DNA of 64,000 nucleotides from Oikopleura dioica (Eukaryota > Animalia > Chordata), in contig OU015567.1 in NCBI GenBank assembly GCA_907165135.1, positions 5,146,001-5,210,000 of the forward strand, in the 5' to 3' direction. Below are positions 13,322 through 23,860 of this stretch, piece by piece (position 1 is the first letter of the stretch; each line of letters begins with the position of its first letter). Both the position numbers and the translations under genes were made by a program. The notes beneath the pieces were generated by a model that saw only the letters and a list, made by a program, of their open reading frames with translations, searched no databases and had not been told where the DNA came from.

Positions 13322-13831
13322 TTAATATAAGCCAAAATAAGGAAGACTAGAAGAAGAGGGAAGAGGAGAATCAGGAGGAGTAGCACACGGGGAGACAGTA
13401 GGAGATTCGGGCGGAGTAGCAGCTGGAGAGACTGTAGGAGTCTCAGGCGGAGTAGCTGCAGGTGATGGAAGCTCGTTAATCCTTTCAAGCTTGTTTTCCG
13501 CGATCTTCTTCGATCGCTCGAGCGGGATGCAGATTTTTCTTGGCCCTTTTACAACAAAAGTCCGCGTCTCTCGCTCGAGCTCTTTGATTCTTCTTGAATT
13601 CTTCGTGACCTCTTCCCGCAACTGCTCATATTCCTCTTCCCTCAACTCTCTCGCATCATCCTGAGCTTTCATATTCAGTTCTTGCGAGTCAATACTGTTG
13701 TCAAGAGCCTCCAACTTCTTCTCCAGTGCTGCTATTTTCCGTCTGTGTTCTTCTATCATCTCTGCATTTTCCTTTCTTTCGAATTCTCCCTCGTTAGTTT
13801 TCGCCATGAGAAAGCAAACTTTTTTGCTCAA
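13322..13831 (-). CDS. Intronless coiled-coil protein with three 12-aa S/T-P repeats
   Basis: 169-aa ORF with E/K/R-rich heptad-like region (RRKIAALEKKLEALDNSI..ELREEEYEQLREEV), then SPAATPPETPTV / SPAATPPESPTV / SPCATPPDSPLP. The 36-nt repeat varies largely at third codon positions. Confidence 0.65.
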   Translation of the reverse strand: MSKKVCFLMAKTNEGEFERKENAEMIEEHRRKIAALEKKLEALDNSIDSQELNMKAQDDARELREEEYEQLREEVTKNSRRIKELERETRTFVVKGPRKICIPLERSKKIAENKLERINELPSPAATPPETPTVSPAATPPESPTVSPCATPPDSPLPSSSSLPYFGLY

Positions 13832-14256
13832 TTTTTGATTCTCGTCCTCTAATTCGGCAATTCGCCCTTATAATTTTTAAATACCATATAAGTAAAATAA
13901 TCAATACTAATTACCCAATGTTTCTATATTCACAGTGACAGTGTTCTCTGTTTCTTCAGATAAGTAGCTTTCACTCTCATATCCACTCACGGAACTTGCA
14001 CAAAATGATCGCGGCATTGGTAAAAATCTCCTGACTCTCAGACTAGGCTCTGAGACCAAGCTATCGCGCTTTATTTCGTTTTAATTAGTGTTCTATCACG
14101 CGGCTTAGACTACGACTTTTAAAGCTTTTGTCAGCTAAAACAGGCGATAAATTATTTTTACAAGATGTCGTAAACCTATTATATTTTCTGTTTTTTTTCT
14201 GATACGCAAGAAATTGTTTTTTTCTGATAGTAAATTGGCTTGCAAAATTGGTTGCT

Positions 14257-14435
14257 TTATAAATCCTTTTTGTCAGAATCAAGAGGAACAACTTCAAAAT
14301 ATTTTTGAATGAAAAGTTCGACGCGCTCGAAAATGCGGAATGGTAGGCTGAGCTTGAAGAAAACAAATGGAAAGTAGAATATCAGACCGCCGAAAGCCAT
14401 GGCGGCGGCGATTGCATATGCAGGACTTGGGTACT
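14257..14435 (-). CDS. Second (distal) copy of the SLC7A9-like terminal coding exon
   Basis: 179-nt copy of exon 14895-15073 with an intact AG acceptor (GTCTTAG), an open frame and a stop codon. It encodes ...[13 protein letters not shown]. Confidence 0.7.
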
Positions 14436-14648
14436 CTAAGACTAAAAAGCGACAATCTTTGACCTACATTACTTAAATTTGTGAGCTAAAAGTTCGTCTA
14501 TTTCTTGAAAATAGACCGGAAATGATGTATAGTCTGCTCTAAAAACCCAGTTGTCTATTTTTACATCCTGGCTCGCTTCTTTATATGCAGGGTGAACTTG
14601 ATCGAATTATAAAAATATTTTATATTTAATAAAATAAAAAACATAAAA

Positions 14649-14813
14649 ATGAACGTTCCAAGAGATCAAGCCGATGTTCCTCGGGACCAAGGCGATTTCC
14701 CTCGGGACCAAGCTGATGCTCCTCGGGACCAAGCGGATGTTCCTCGGGACCAAGCCGAGACACCTCGGGACCAAGCCGATATTCCTCGGGACAACCAGGA
14801 TAAACCCCGTTAA
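14649..14813 (+). CDS. 54-aa small ORF built from a 21-nt / 7-aa repeat (PRDQADx)
   Basis: AAAAATG start and TAA stop. Translation MNVPRDQADVPRDQGDFPRDQADAPRDQADVPRDQAETPRDQADIPRDNQDKPR. The first unit encodes PRDQ with different synonymous codons. Confidence 0.4.
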   Translation: MNVPRDQADVPRDQGDFPRDQADAPRDQADVPRDQAETPRDQADIPRDNQDKPR

Positions 14814-14894
14814 TTTTCCACTTCTTTCTACTAAGTCATCCCTTTTTCAAATTCTGCATTTGAAATAAATTTTTATAAATATATGTCCTGAGTT

Positions 14895-17102
14895 TTATTC
14901 ATCCTTTTTATCAGAATCAAGGGGAACAACTTCAAAATACTTTTGAATAAAAACTTCGACGCGCTCGAAAATGCGGAATGGCAGGCTGAGCTTGAAGAAA
15001 ACGAAGGGAAAGTAGAATATTAGACCGCCAAAAGCCATGGCAGCGGCGATTGCATATGCTGGACTTGGGTACTCTAGAATTAAAATCAGTAAAAATGACC
15101 TGGAAGTGGAAAATTACCGATAAGAGGGCCAATGACCAAGTAAGCAGAAATGCAAGCACACAGAATCGGAATCGGAAGCCAAACTCTGAAAGCCCGTTCT
15201 TTCGACTTGTAAGGCTCTTTGAAGCGGAAAACGATGAGCGAGACGAATGTCATGAAATAAATCAGCCACATGGCGAAGGAAAAGTAATCCAGTAAATTTT
15301 CAATCGAAGAGGAGTCCGGGATCAGCATAATGATGCCCAGGCAGGTGTTGAAAACAACCGCCATCAGAGGAGTGAGTCTTTCATGATTTCACTTGGAATC
15401 AAAAATTTCTCCGAAAAAAAAAATTTTTTTTTCTGGAAATTTTTGAAAAAAATTTTTTTGTCAAAATTTTAGAAAAAAATTTTTTTTTGTCGAAATTTTA
15501 AAAAAGAAATTGATTCCTTTTCTGAGATACGATAAGAATCTTGGAAAATGACCATTTGAAGCCGCAGCGTAGGACAATCTAGCCGCGGTAAAAGCCGACC
15601 CGTTGGAAGCTCCAAAAGTTGAGCAAGCGACGCCGATCGGGACAATCCACGCGAATCCCTTGAAAACACGGTCGCCGAAAGTGATCGCGACGGCGCTAGA
15701 AAAAACAAAGTTCAAAATCTCTTGAATTGGATGAACGTACTTGGAATTGAGCAGTTCGGTCGGTGACATGGCGGCAAAGTAGGCGATGTTAGTCAAGACA
15801 TAAGCGACAGTTGTCAATGTCATTCCGACGATCACGACGATTGGGAAGTTGCGAACTTACGTGGTTGGATAAACAATCAAAGTTCGAATCAAAATGTCTC
15901 TTTTTCCAGGCGGCACTGGTTACATCGCCGGATGTCCCCGGATGTCGCCGAATTTCGCCGGATGTCGCTGAATGTCGCCAGATAGGTCTCTACTTTTGAC
16001 CAAAAACAAAAAGATGGCGACACTCGTTGACATTCAGCTACATTCAGCGACATTCAGCGACATTCAGCGACATTCGCCGACATTCGCCGACATTCGGCGA
16101 CATAACCAGGGCTCCCGCTTTTTCCCACCATGCCTGGGTCGATTAGCTCTTCAGAGACATAGTTGAGCTGGTTCCATCCATCGTAGCTCCACATTCCGTT
16201 ATAAATCGCGATAGCCCAAGCGGAAGCAGAGCTATTTTTCTGGTTCACAATTAAAATTTCAATTTCGACAAAAAGTCCTCTTATTTTTCTAACCAGGGAC
16301 CTTGAAGTGCCTTCAAAGGCGTTTTGAAAGTTTTCAGTGTTGCCTTCTCCCATGTAGACGAATCCGCCGATTATGATTGCGGCGATCAAGGAAAGCTTGG
16401 CGACAGTGAAGACAATCTGCATCCTTTCGGACGCCTTGACGGACAAGCCATTGACGATGGAAATGAAAAGCAGGGCGCAAATAGCAACCAATCGTTTGAG
16501 ATCATTGGGCGGGTCGCATCCGGGATAAAACGGAGCGGTCGTGTACTCAGCGAAGGCGGAGACGATTACTGCCAGCGAAGCGGGTTTGCAGAGAATGATA
16601 TTTGTCCAACCGATCAAGAAGCCGACGATGCTTCCGTAGGCTCTGTAGCAGTAGGAGTACTCCGCTCCGGCTTCTTGGATCAGCAAACCGAGCTCTGAAA
16701 AGGTCTTTTCAATTCCGACTCGATTGTAGATTCTTACCGATATAAGAAAGGGATGAAATAATGGCGATAAAACCGCATATGCACCAGACAATAAGGGCTG
16801 ATCCAACTGAGCCAGTCATGCTGAAGATTTTATTGAAAACCATAATGCTTTTGGATTTTTAGTAAATAACGGTCTTTTTTTCAATTCTTATAGTGAGAAC
16901 TTCACCGCTTCTATTCTATTGTATATTTGCCTAGTCTAGCTTACCTGATAATACCAGTCGGAGAAATAAAAATCCCGGATCCGATCATCGTTCCTACTGT
17001 AATGGCGATTCCTCCCGCAAGAGTGATATTTCTCTTGAGCTCAACTCCATTTGACTTTTCACTAGAAATGGAATCATTATCATCTGCCTCGATTTTCGTC
17101 AT
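14895..17102 (-). CDS. SLC7A9: L-type amino acid transporter light chain, b(0,+)AT-like
   Basis: Motifs [83 protein letters not shown] and FEVVP closely follow recalled SLC7A9. About 8 exons. Confidence 0.92.
15914..16111. repeat. Foldback element of 10-nt repeats (CGACATTCAG/CGACATTCGC) in an SLC7A9 intron
   Basis: The left arm repeats GAATGTCGCC-type decamers and the right arm repeats the reverse complement. Ends are CTGGTTA...TAACCAG. A related copy lies at about 35176-35343. Confidence 0.75.
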
Positions 17103-17446
17103 TTTTTGAAAATGAAATCGGCAAAGTCAATTTCGAATATTCAACTATTTGAGGACCCAGGAGCACTATCGACATATAAAAACGGGTATAAAATAGAATA
17201 AATTCCATAGAGACTGGATGACAATTACGTAAGCAACAAGCAGACAGAGATTTTTTTAAATAAAGGAATTTTTATTCTCACACGTTTCTTTTCAGGTCAA
17301 TCGTGGTCGCAGTACTCGAAATAAAGGGGATAAAAAAGGATAATCCGGAGGTTAAAAGTTAAAATCATCTAAGGATTAAACAGACTGATCTTCTGGTTTT
17401 ATAAGACCACGTGGTTTCTTTTGTCTGGAGAATTATACACTACCGC

Positions 17447-17979
17447 TTAACCTTAGCCGGCCAAAATGTCATTTCTGACCCTACCGGCCAAATGCACCAT
17501 GAGTGGTGCATCACCTGCTAATATTCTTGAAAAATTCAACTCAAAGTCTATTACGTACGTCTTTGGGTTTGTTTTTGGGTTATTGGTAAGTGTTCGGGTC
17601 TTGGTTTTAGTTTGGGTTTGAGTTTGGGTGCTGATTAAGGCTTGGGTTTCAGCATCAGATAGAGTCTTCCAATTCAAAGAGGGAGACTATTCGGCGAATT
17701 TTTCGGAAAAATACTGCCTACCGGCCAAAAGCACCATCAGTGGTGTCGGCGCTAATGTAGCAATGCACCATACATGGTGCATGCAGTTATTCTCAAAATA
17801 AGCCTATTTCCGAACCCTAACCCTAACCAAGGGTAGTCGAAAGGTAACCTAATGGGTAGCTTATCGATAAATAGCCCTACAGTTTCTTCCGTTTTTCTGA
17901 ACTCAAAATCACTTCGGTGGGAGACCTAATTCTTTGACCCCTGTTCCATAGATGGTGCACCCTGGCCGGCTAAGGTTAA
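17447..17979. mobile_element. piggyBac-type non-autonomous element (TTAA TSD)
   Basis: TTAA|CCTTAGCCGGCCA ... TGGCCGGCTAAGG|TTAA forms a perfect inverted terminus. No transposase ORF is present. Confidence 0.75.
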
Positions 17980-18390
17980 GAAAAAATGTATAAAGTAGAC
18001 AACCTACTTTTCTGATTTTTCGACCATCTTCCTTAAAAATTCTCAATTCTCAAAATCTCTTTTTCATAACTGCCCCGAATTCGAATTGAATTCCAAATTC
18101 CAAGAGTCAAGGTAATTCTCGCGGCTCGATTTTAATCGTCAAAAATAAAATTCAAAATGTCACGAAATTTTTCTGCGTCGATCTTTGAGCTTCGATAGTA
18201 CGCAAGAATGAACAAGCAACGAACGGATGACGATACAATAGGCCCCCGGGGAGGCTCTTTCAAAGCGGTACCTTCCGAGATTTTTTTTTTCTTGTTTGAG
18301 TATCAGCTTTTTTTGACGATTATTGCTAAACTTTAACGCTTTCTTTAATGAACTTTGAAGGCAAAAAAAGAGCTTTTCTAATCTTCGAAA

Positions 18391-18578
18391 CTAGGCTCGG
18401 GAACCTGTGTAGAAAACCTGAGTCAGGGCCTGAGAAAGCCAAAATGAAAAGTCGCTTTCTGCTTTTTTATGTCGAAGCCGCTTCGCGGCTTTGTTAAAAA
18501 GAAGCCGCTACGCGGCTTTTCAGTTTAGCCCTTTTTCGCCCTGACTCAGGTTTCTTACACAGGTTGCTTAGCCCAGTT
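18391..18578. mobile_element. CCTGAGTCAGG-family palindromic MITE (representative copy)
   Basis: Arms GGCTCGGGAACCTGTGTAGAAAACCTGAGTCAGG / CCTGACTCAGGTTTCTTACACAGGTTGCTTAGCC enclose AAGCCGCnnnGCGGCTT hairpins. Confidence 0.85.
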
Positions 18579-18718
18579 TGTCAAATAATAAACAAAAACA
18601 ACCTCATCGCGGCCATTCTTTTATTGGTGGATCATAAAATTTCCAGCCAAAGAAAAAGAAGAGCGATAGTATCTCAGTTTGAAATCTTTGCGCTTTTCTT
18701 TTTTGACGAACTGAGAAA

Positions 18719-19140
18719 ATGAGCGAGAAGTTTCACCAAATACCAAGCGCCGAGATAAAACGTCAGCTCCAGAATTCTGAGGTTTTATTTATCGATGTTC
18801 GGGCGGCGTACGAATTGGAATCGGGGAAGATTCAGGCGGACAGATTTCTCAATATTCCTCACTCAGGTTTGTCCCGTTCTTTTCCAGTTACAATAATTTT
18901 TTGAAGATATCGTCCACCAGTTCATGCAAAAAGATGAGGATTTCAAGACGATTCATGGGATCGAAAAGCCGAAGAAAAATCAGAAAATAATTGTCTACTG
19001 CAAAAGTGGTAGAAGAGGAGAAATGGCACAGGTTAGCAGTTACCAATCGGCCTGGGCTGAAAACATCTATTCAGGCATTTTTGGTTGAGCTTGGCTATTC
19101 TGACGTCTCTAATTGGGCCGGTGGATATCACAAATTATGA
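18719..19140 (+). CDS. Single-domain rhodanese / thiosulfate sulfurtransferase (TSTD1/TSTD3-like), 3 exons
   Basis: LFIDVRAAYELESGKI...NIPH, active-site loop VYCKSGRRG, and LGYSDVSNWAGG, joined by two short GT-AG introns. Confidence 0.88.
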
Positions 19141-20072
19141 ATAGAAATTGTCGAAACGAAATTTTATTAAAAAATTAAGAAACTTAAATCACGAAACTGT
19201 GGTTATATATAAGCCCCGCAATTTTCTCATAAGTTAATTTGTAAAAAAATAATGAAAAAATTATTTGTTAAAAAATGTTTATCGAAAAGTCCACTAGGTA
19301 TGTTTTTTAAAAGGTGCGCTAATGAGCGTTATCCTGCCTATTATGTTATAATATTCTTTGAAAAACTATGATTATGAATCATAATTTATGATACTGAATA
19401 AAATGACTGTCAAAAATATTTTCTGGCTTTGCTTCCAGCAGATTAATGAAGAAAAAAAGACTTTGTTTTAATCAGTTTTCAAGTTTATTTATTTATAAGC
19501 AGTATTCATATTTACAGCATACAAATTTTCAAAACAGTGTTGTAGATCTTCTTCGAAGAATATCTTCATCGAAATCGTCTTTGTCATCTTTCTCGATCGT
19601 CTGGAGCCTTCCTGTCCCAATAATCGCGATTCGGGCCGAGCGGATCCTTGGCTCATCATTTTCGCATTTTTTGGCGAAAAAAATTATACCTGTTTTGTTT
19701 TTATATGGCCATATAATTTTCTAGGTATTTGAGTCAAAAAAGTCGATCGAGAAAAAACTTGCGCGAAAAAAAAATTTTATTTACAAGAAAAAAAAATTAA
19801 TTTATAATAAGCATTTTAATTTAAATCCCAAATTTCAACGAAAAATCCAAACTTAGGGGGGTATACCCTTAAGTCATAATTTGGCGCATTTTGGAGCTTG
19901 AGTCTTTCGCAAGCTATCAGTTAGAAATTGAATGGTTCTTGAAAAAATCTTGATATTGATTCTGAAGAAGCGCCAATTTGGAAGAGAAAAAATTTGAAAG
20001 ATGGGATTATGGTTAGCCCCTCCGAAGATGAGGGGATGAGAAGTGAGTGAGCGATTTTCTAAGGGGAGCGCG

Positions 20073-21358
20073 TTAGAGGGTCTCATCAGGATTTTGCTCG
20101 TCGAAGAGGCCGGTGTAGGCGTCTTTGATTCGCCCGTGGATCTTTTCGAGACGGCTGGAGTGGTTGTTGTAGGTGACCTGGAAACAGATGATGATTTTCG
20201 CAAAAAATGAGCCGCAAAAAAGCCGAATCGAACAAGTCGAAAAATGGAAAGTTGACAATTATGATCAGTTTTTTGTTTCAGCGAAGCCGTTTTGCGGCTT
20301 TTCTTATACTTAAGCCGCAGCGCGGCTTTTTTTCTAGATTTTTCTAGATTCTTGATAAAAAGCCGCGGGCGGCTTTTGAGAAAAATAAATCAGAAAAAGA
20401 CGCTTTTAAGTCAGAAAATTCGAGTCGAAACCGCTGCGATCAATATTTTGTCTAGAATCGACTCGAATTTTCTGACTAAAAAAGCGTTATTTTTCTGATT
20501 TATTTTTCTCAAAAGCCGCACGCGGCTTTTTCTGAACATTTTTTTGTTTCTTACCTCTCCATAGCATTCAGCAAGGTATCGGAGAATCCACTTTCTGAAG
20601 CCAGTTCCAATTTGTTTCCAAGCCAAATTCGGCTCTGCTGACAATCTTGCCAAAGCAAAGCCTCGTTCGGTTTCGTCAAATTCTTCCTCGAAGATTTTGT
20701 CGAAAATGTCGAGATCGTTGTTGTCGGCGATTTCTCGAGCAATTCGTCTTCGCTCGGCAGCGAAGAATTTCTCGTCGCTGGATCGTTTTCGTCGCTCGGT
20801 GACTGGTCGAGGGCCGCCGTGAGGAAGAGTCGGGTCGAAGAAGCCGCACTTTTCGTAGGCCTCGGTGATGGTGTCGAAGATTCGAGTGATGCCGGCGGCT
20901 GTCATGGTTGAAGCGCGGTTGGGACGGTTGACGGTTTGGCCGATTTCCATCTGAACCCATTCGCTGGCGAATCGACGGAGAGTGTTCAATCGCTGTGGAG
21001 GAGTTCGCGGGGGGACTTTTCGCTCTTCCTGGGCGGATGTGCCGACGACGAAGGAGGAGATGAGAGAGAAGCTAGAAGAAAATGAGTCAATAAGAGCTTG
21101 AAAAAAAAGGAGAAGAAAAATATCGATTTTGATGAAAAAAAAGCCGCATGCGGTTTTCGAGCCAAAATAACAAAAAATAAATGATTGATCGAAAAAGCCG
21201 CCTGCGGCTTTTTAGTCGAAATCAATTGAAAGTTTTGATAACTGAAAAGCCGCAGGCGGCTTTTTCGATGAATAATTTCTTCGATTTTTTTGGCTCAAAA
21301 GCCGCAAGCGGCTTTTTCGCATCAAAATCAATCTTTTTCTTCCAACTTACATTTTCAT
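20073..21358 (-). CDS. Secreted lineage-specific protein (KVPPR...CGFFDP...GGP...RKR...GFRKW..RYL.EC type), 3 exons
   Basis: Micro-exon ATGAAAAT|GTAAG splices to give signal peptide MKIFSLISSFVVGTSA, followed by RKVPPRTPPQRL, CGFFDPTLPHGGP, a furin-like RRKR, TGFRKWILRYLAEC and a last exon ending at 20073. Confidence 0.75.
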
Positions 21359-22489
21359 TTTGAAGATTTAACTGTCGGTTTTTAGCTTCTGTCTCTTGGT
21401 AACTTTTTCGCTGCGCTTCGAAAGCTTAGTTTGATGATTTCGAAAAGCTCGACGTGCGTTTTTATATGCGTCGCGCGCCGCGCTAGAATGCGCTTGGGCG
21501 CCGGAAAATCCTCCTGGTGGCGAGCGCCGCGCGGATCTGCTGGTGGAGGAGCGCTGGATTTTTTTTCTCTGATTTTTTCCTCTGCTTTTCTGTTTTATGG
21601 TGTTGAAAGGGTTAATTGATTAATTTCAAGTTGAGTCTCCTGACATAATTTTCATGCAATTAACCGTGGAGGTCAATGACAAAATAACAGTTTTCAAAAA
21701 ATCACGTTTTTAAAAAAATCAATTCTGATCTCGCCAACCTGTTTCGAAAACCTGACTCAGGATCTACGTAAACGTTCCTAAATAAAAAGCCGCGCCTAAG
21801 CGAACCGGCTTCCAAAACTTTAATTCGAATTTTTTTTCTTAAAATGTTTTTAACCCTGAGTCAGGGTCCCTGAATCAAACCTCTTTTTTTCATCATTCTC
21901 ATGAAAGCCGGGTGCGGCTTAAATTAAATTTATTGTCAAAATCATCAATTAAATTATCAAAACAAAAAAATAAAATTATTTCCTTTTTTGATTAAAATCA
22001 AATTGATAATCTTCAACATGAAAATTGTCGTTTCCATAATAGAATTCGCTTGAACCGGATTTGAATAAGAAAACTCTTTATTTCCGTTCAAATAAAAAGC
22101 GAATGCGTTTCGCAACGTGGATGTGCATCTTTGCTGCTTGACTTTGCATTTTGCGACTGACGTTATCGCGAGCTAAAAACGAGGGTTTTCAGGTTTTATG
22201 CTCCACCAAAATTTGACGCGTTCAAAATTTTATTAGAAAACGCTAGAGATGGCCAATATTCGAAAAATATTGTAAAATAAAAAAAAACGAAAAAAATATT
22301 TTGAATCCGCTCAATCCCACTTTTCCATGACGCGTTCTAAAGTCATCATCGTTCAAGAGCTGCAATCAAGAAGTTTTGAAATTATATAAAATTTTGAAGA
22401 GCCGATTAGTTGATCATTCTCAAGATTCAACCTCTTCAAATGATTTTTTCTTGAGATCCAGTATGTTATCCTTAATAAAACCGCGGAAT

Positions 22490-22715
22490 TAAGGGTGGAA
22501 GCGACAAACAAATTGCGACAAAATTTGTCGACAAAACGTCGAAAAATCTTTTCCACAAAAAAAATTGTCGACAAAACTTCGAAAAATCTTTGCGACAAAA
22601 AGTTGTCGACAATTTTCGAAAAGTTTTTGCGACAAAAATTTGTGGACAAAATTTTAAAAATCATCGCGACAAAAAAAAATATCGACAAATCTCGAATTTC
22701 ATGACGACACCCTTA
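22490..22715. mobile_element. TTAA-flanked GGGTG-terminated foldback element with TTTGTCGACAA repeats
   Basis: TTAA|GGGTG ... CACCC|TTAT termini with many internal GTCGACAA/TTGTCGAC units. Related repeats occur at 23140-23270 and 27300. Confidence 0.6.
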
Positions 22716-23003
22716 TTTCAGCTTAAATTAAATTATTTCTACGATCGATTTGATAATTTTCGGGAAAAATTCATGAATGTCAGATATTTTGATCCGAAAA
22801 AAGGAAAGCTTAATCTTTTTCTGTTCACTTTGAATAAATAATTCACAGAAGAGATTAAGGAAACATGAAGTACTAACGTCCTTTTGAGAATCCATTCAAG
22901 CGAGTTTAGAGGCTGAATATTTTCGCAGCTCGGAAAAAGGGATCAGTTCAGAATCACAAGTGCGCGAAATCGAAGAAGTCGAGAAATCGAAGAAATCGAA
23001 AAA

Positions 23004-23530
23004 ATGGAGAGAACCGAAAGTGAAACGACTTCGAGCCAGATTTACGATGCTTTTTTGTTTGGGTAGGTCTTGTCCTGTGTAGAAAACCTGAGTCAGTCTT
23101 TTGGTTTCTGACTCAGGTTTTCGACATTTTACCGAGTCGAAATTGTCGACAAATCTTGAAAAGTCTTTGTGACAAAATTTTTCGAAAAAATTTTTGGTCT
23201 AAATGATTTTTAAAAATTTGTCGACAGTTTTTTTGTCGCAAAGATTTTTCAAGATTTGTCGACAATTTATCATTATTGTAGGCTTTCCCATACAATGCGC
23301 GTCTTGGCGATTCTGTATCTGCTCTTCATCCTCCTACTCGGCACTTTGGATCTCATTTCCTACTACCACTTAAAATCCAAGCCAAGCGATAAAAAAGAGC
23401 GTGAACCCGCAATTACAACCGTTTTCCCCTCCTCAAAAGTTATCGCTTCCACAGATTATTCTCCCATTTGACAGAGAGTCCTGGACATCTCGACTCCGGA
23501 GCAAGCAGTTTAAACGACGTGGAACCTTAA
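23004..23530 (+). CDS. Small single-pass membrane protein, tentative 3-exon model
   Basis: MERTESETTSSQIYDAFLFG|GTAGG...TTGTAG|GLSHTMRVLAILYLLFILLLGTLDLISYYHLKSK shows in-frame splicing and a hydrophobic helix. Confidence 0.35.
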
Positions 23531-23689
23531 GGTAAACGTGTTGTGCTCTTTTTCTGTTTGTCTTAAGGGTGTCTAGGGGCGGAAAAGAATTAAAGCCGAA
23601 TTATTCAAAAATCGATGAAGAACCAACCCGACCCGCTGGTTCTGACGCTGAAGCTCCTCGACCAAACAGTATTTGACTCCTTTCTGATT

Positions 23690-23860
23690 CTGGGCTCGGC
23701 AACCTGAGTAGAAAACCTGAGTCAGGCCCTGGAAGAGCTAAAATGAAAATGCTGGCGAAGCCGCTTTGCGGCTTCGTTTTGAAAAAAGCCGCTATGCGGC
23801 TTTTCATTTTAGCTCTTCCAAAGCCTGACTCAGGTTTTCTACCCAGGTTTCCGAGCCCAG
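23690..23860. mobile_element. CCTGAGTCAGG-family MITE, full-length copy
   Basis: CTGGGCTCGGCAACCTGAGTAGAAAACCTGAGTCAGG ... CCTGACTCAGGTTTTCTACCCAGGTTTCCGAGCCCAG. Confidence 0.85.

Noticed and set aside
16324-16698. 124-aa plus-strand ORF
   Set aside because: Antisense to a conserved SLC7A9 exon. The same applies to the shadow ORFs over TRPA1 (47111-47992) and ALT.
17453-17677. ORF with TQTQTQTKTK repeat
   Set aside because: It lies wholly inside the TTAA-flanked element and reflects a microsatellite.
20280-21320. Rho-independent terminators or bacterial REP elements
   Set aside because: The GC hairpins with A/T tails lie inside spliceosomal introns and MITEs of a eukaryotic locus.
22353-23295. 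Several 60-110 aa ORFs
   Set aside because: These are translations of the TTTGTCGACAA foldback repeats, open in several frames, with no protein features.
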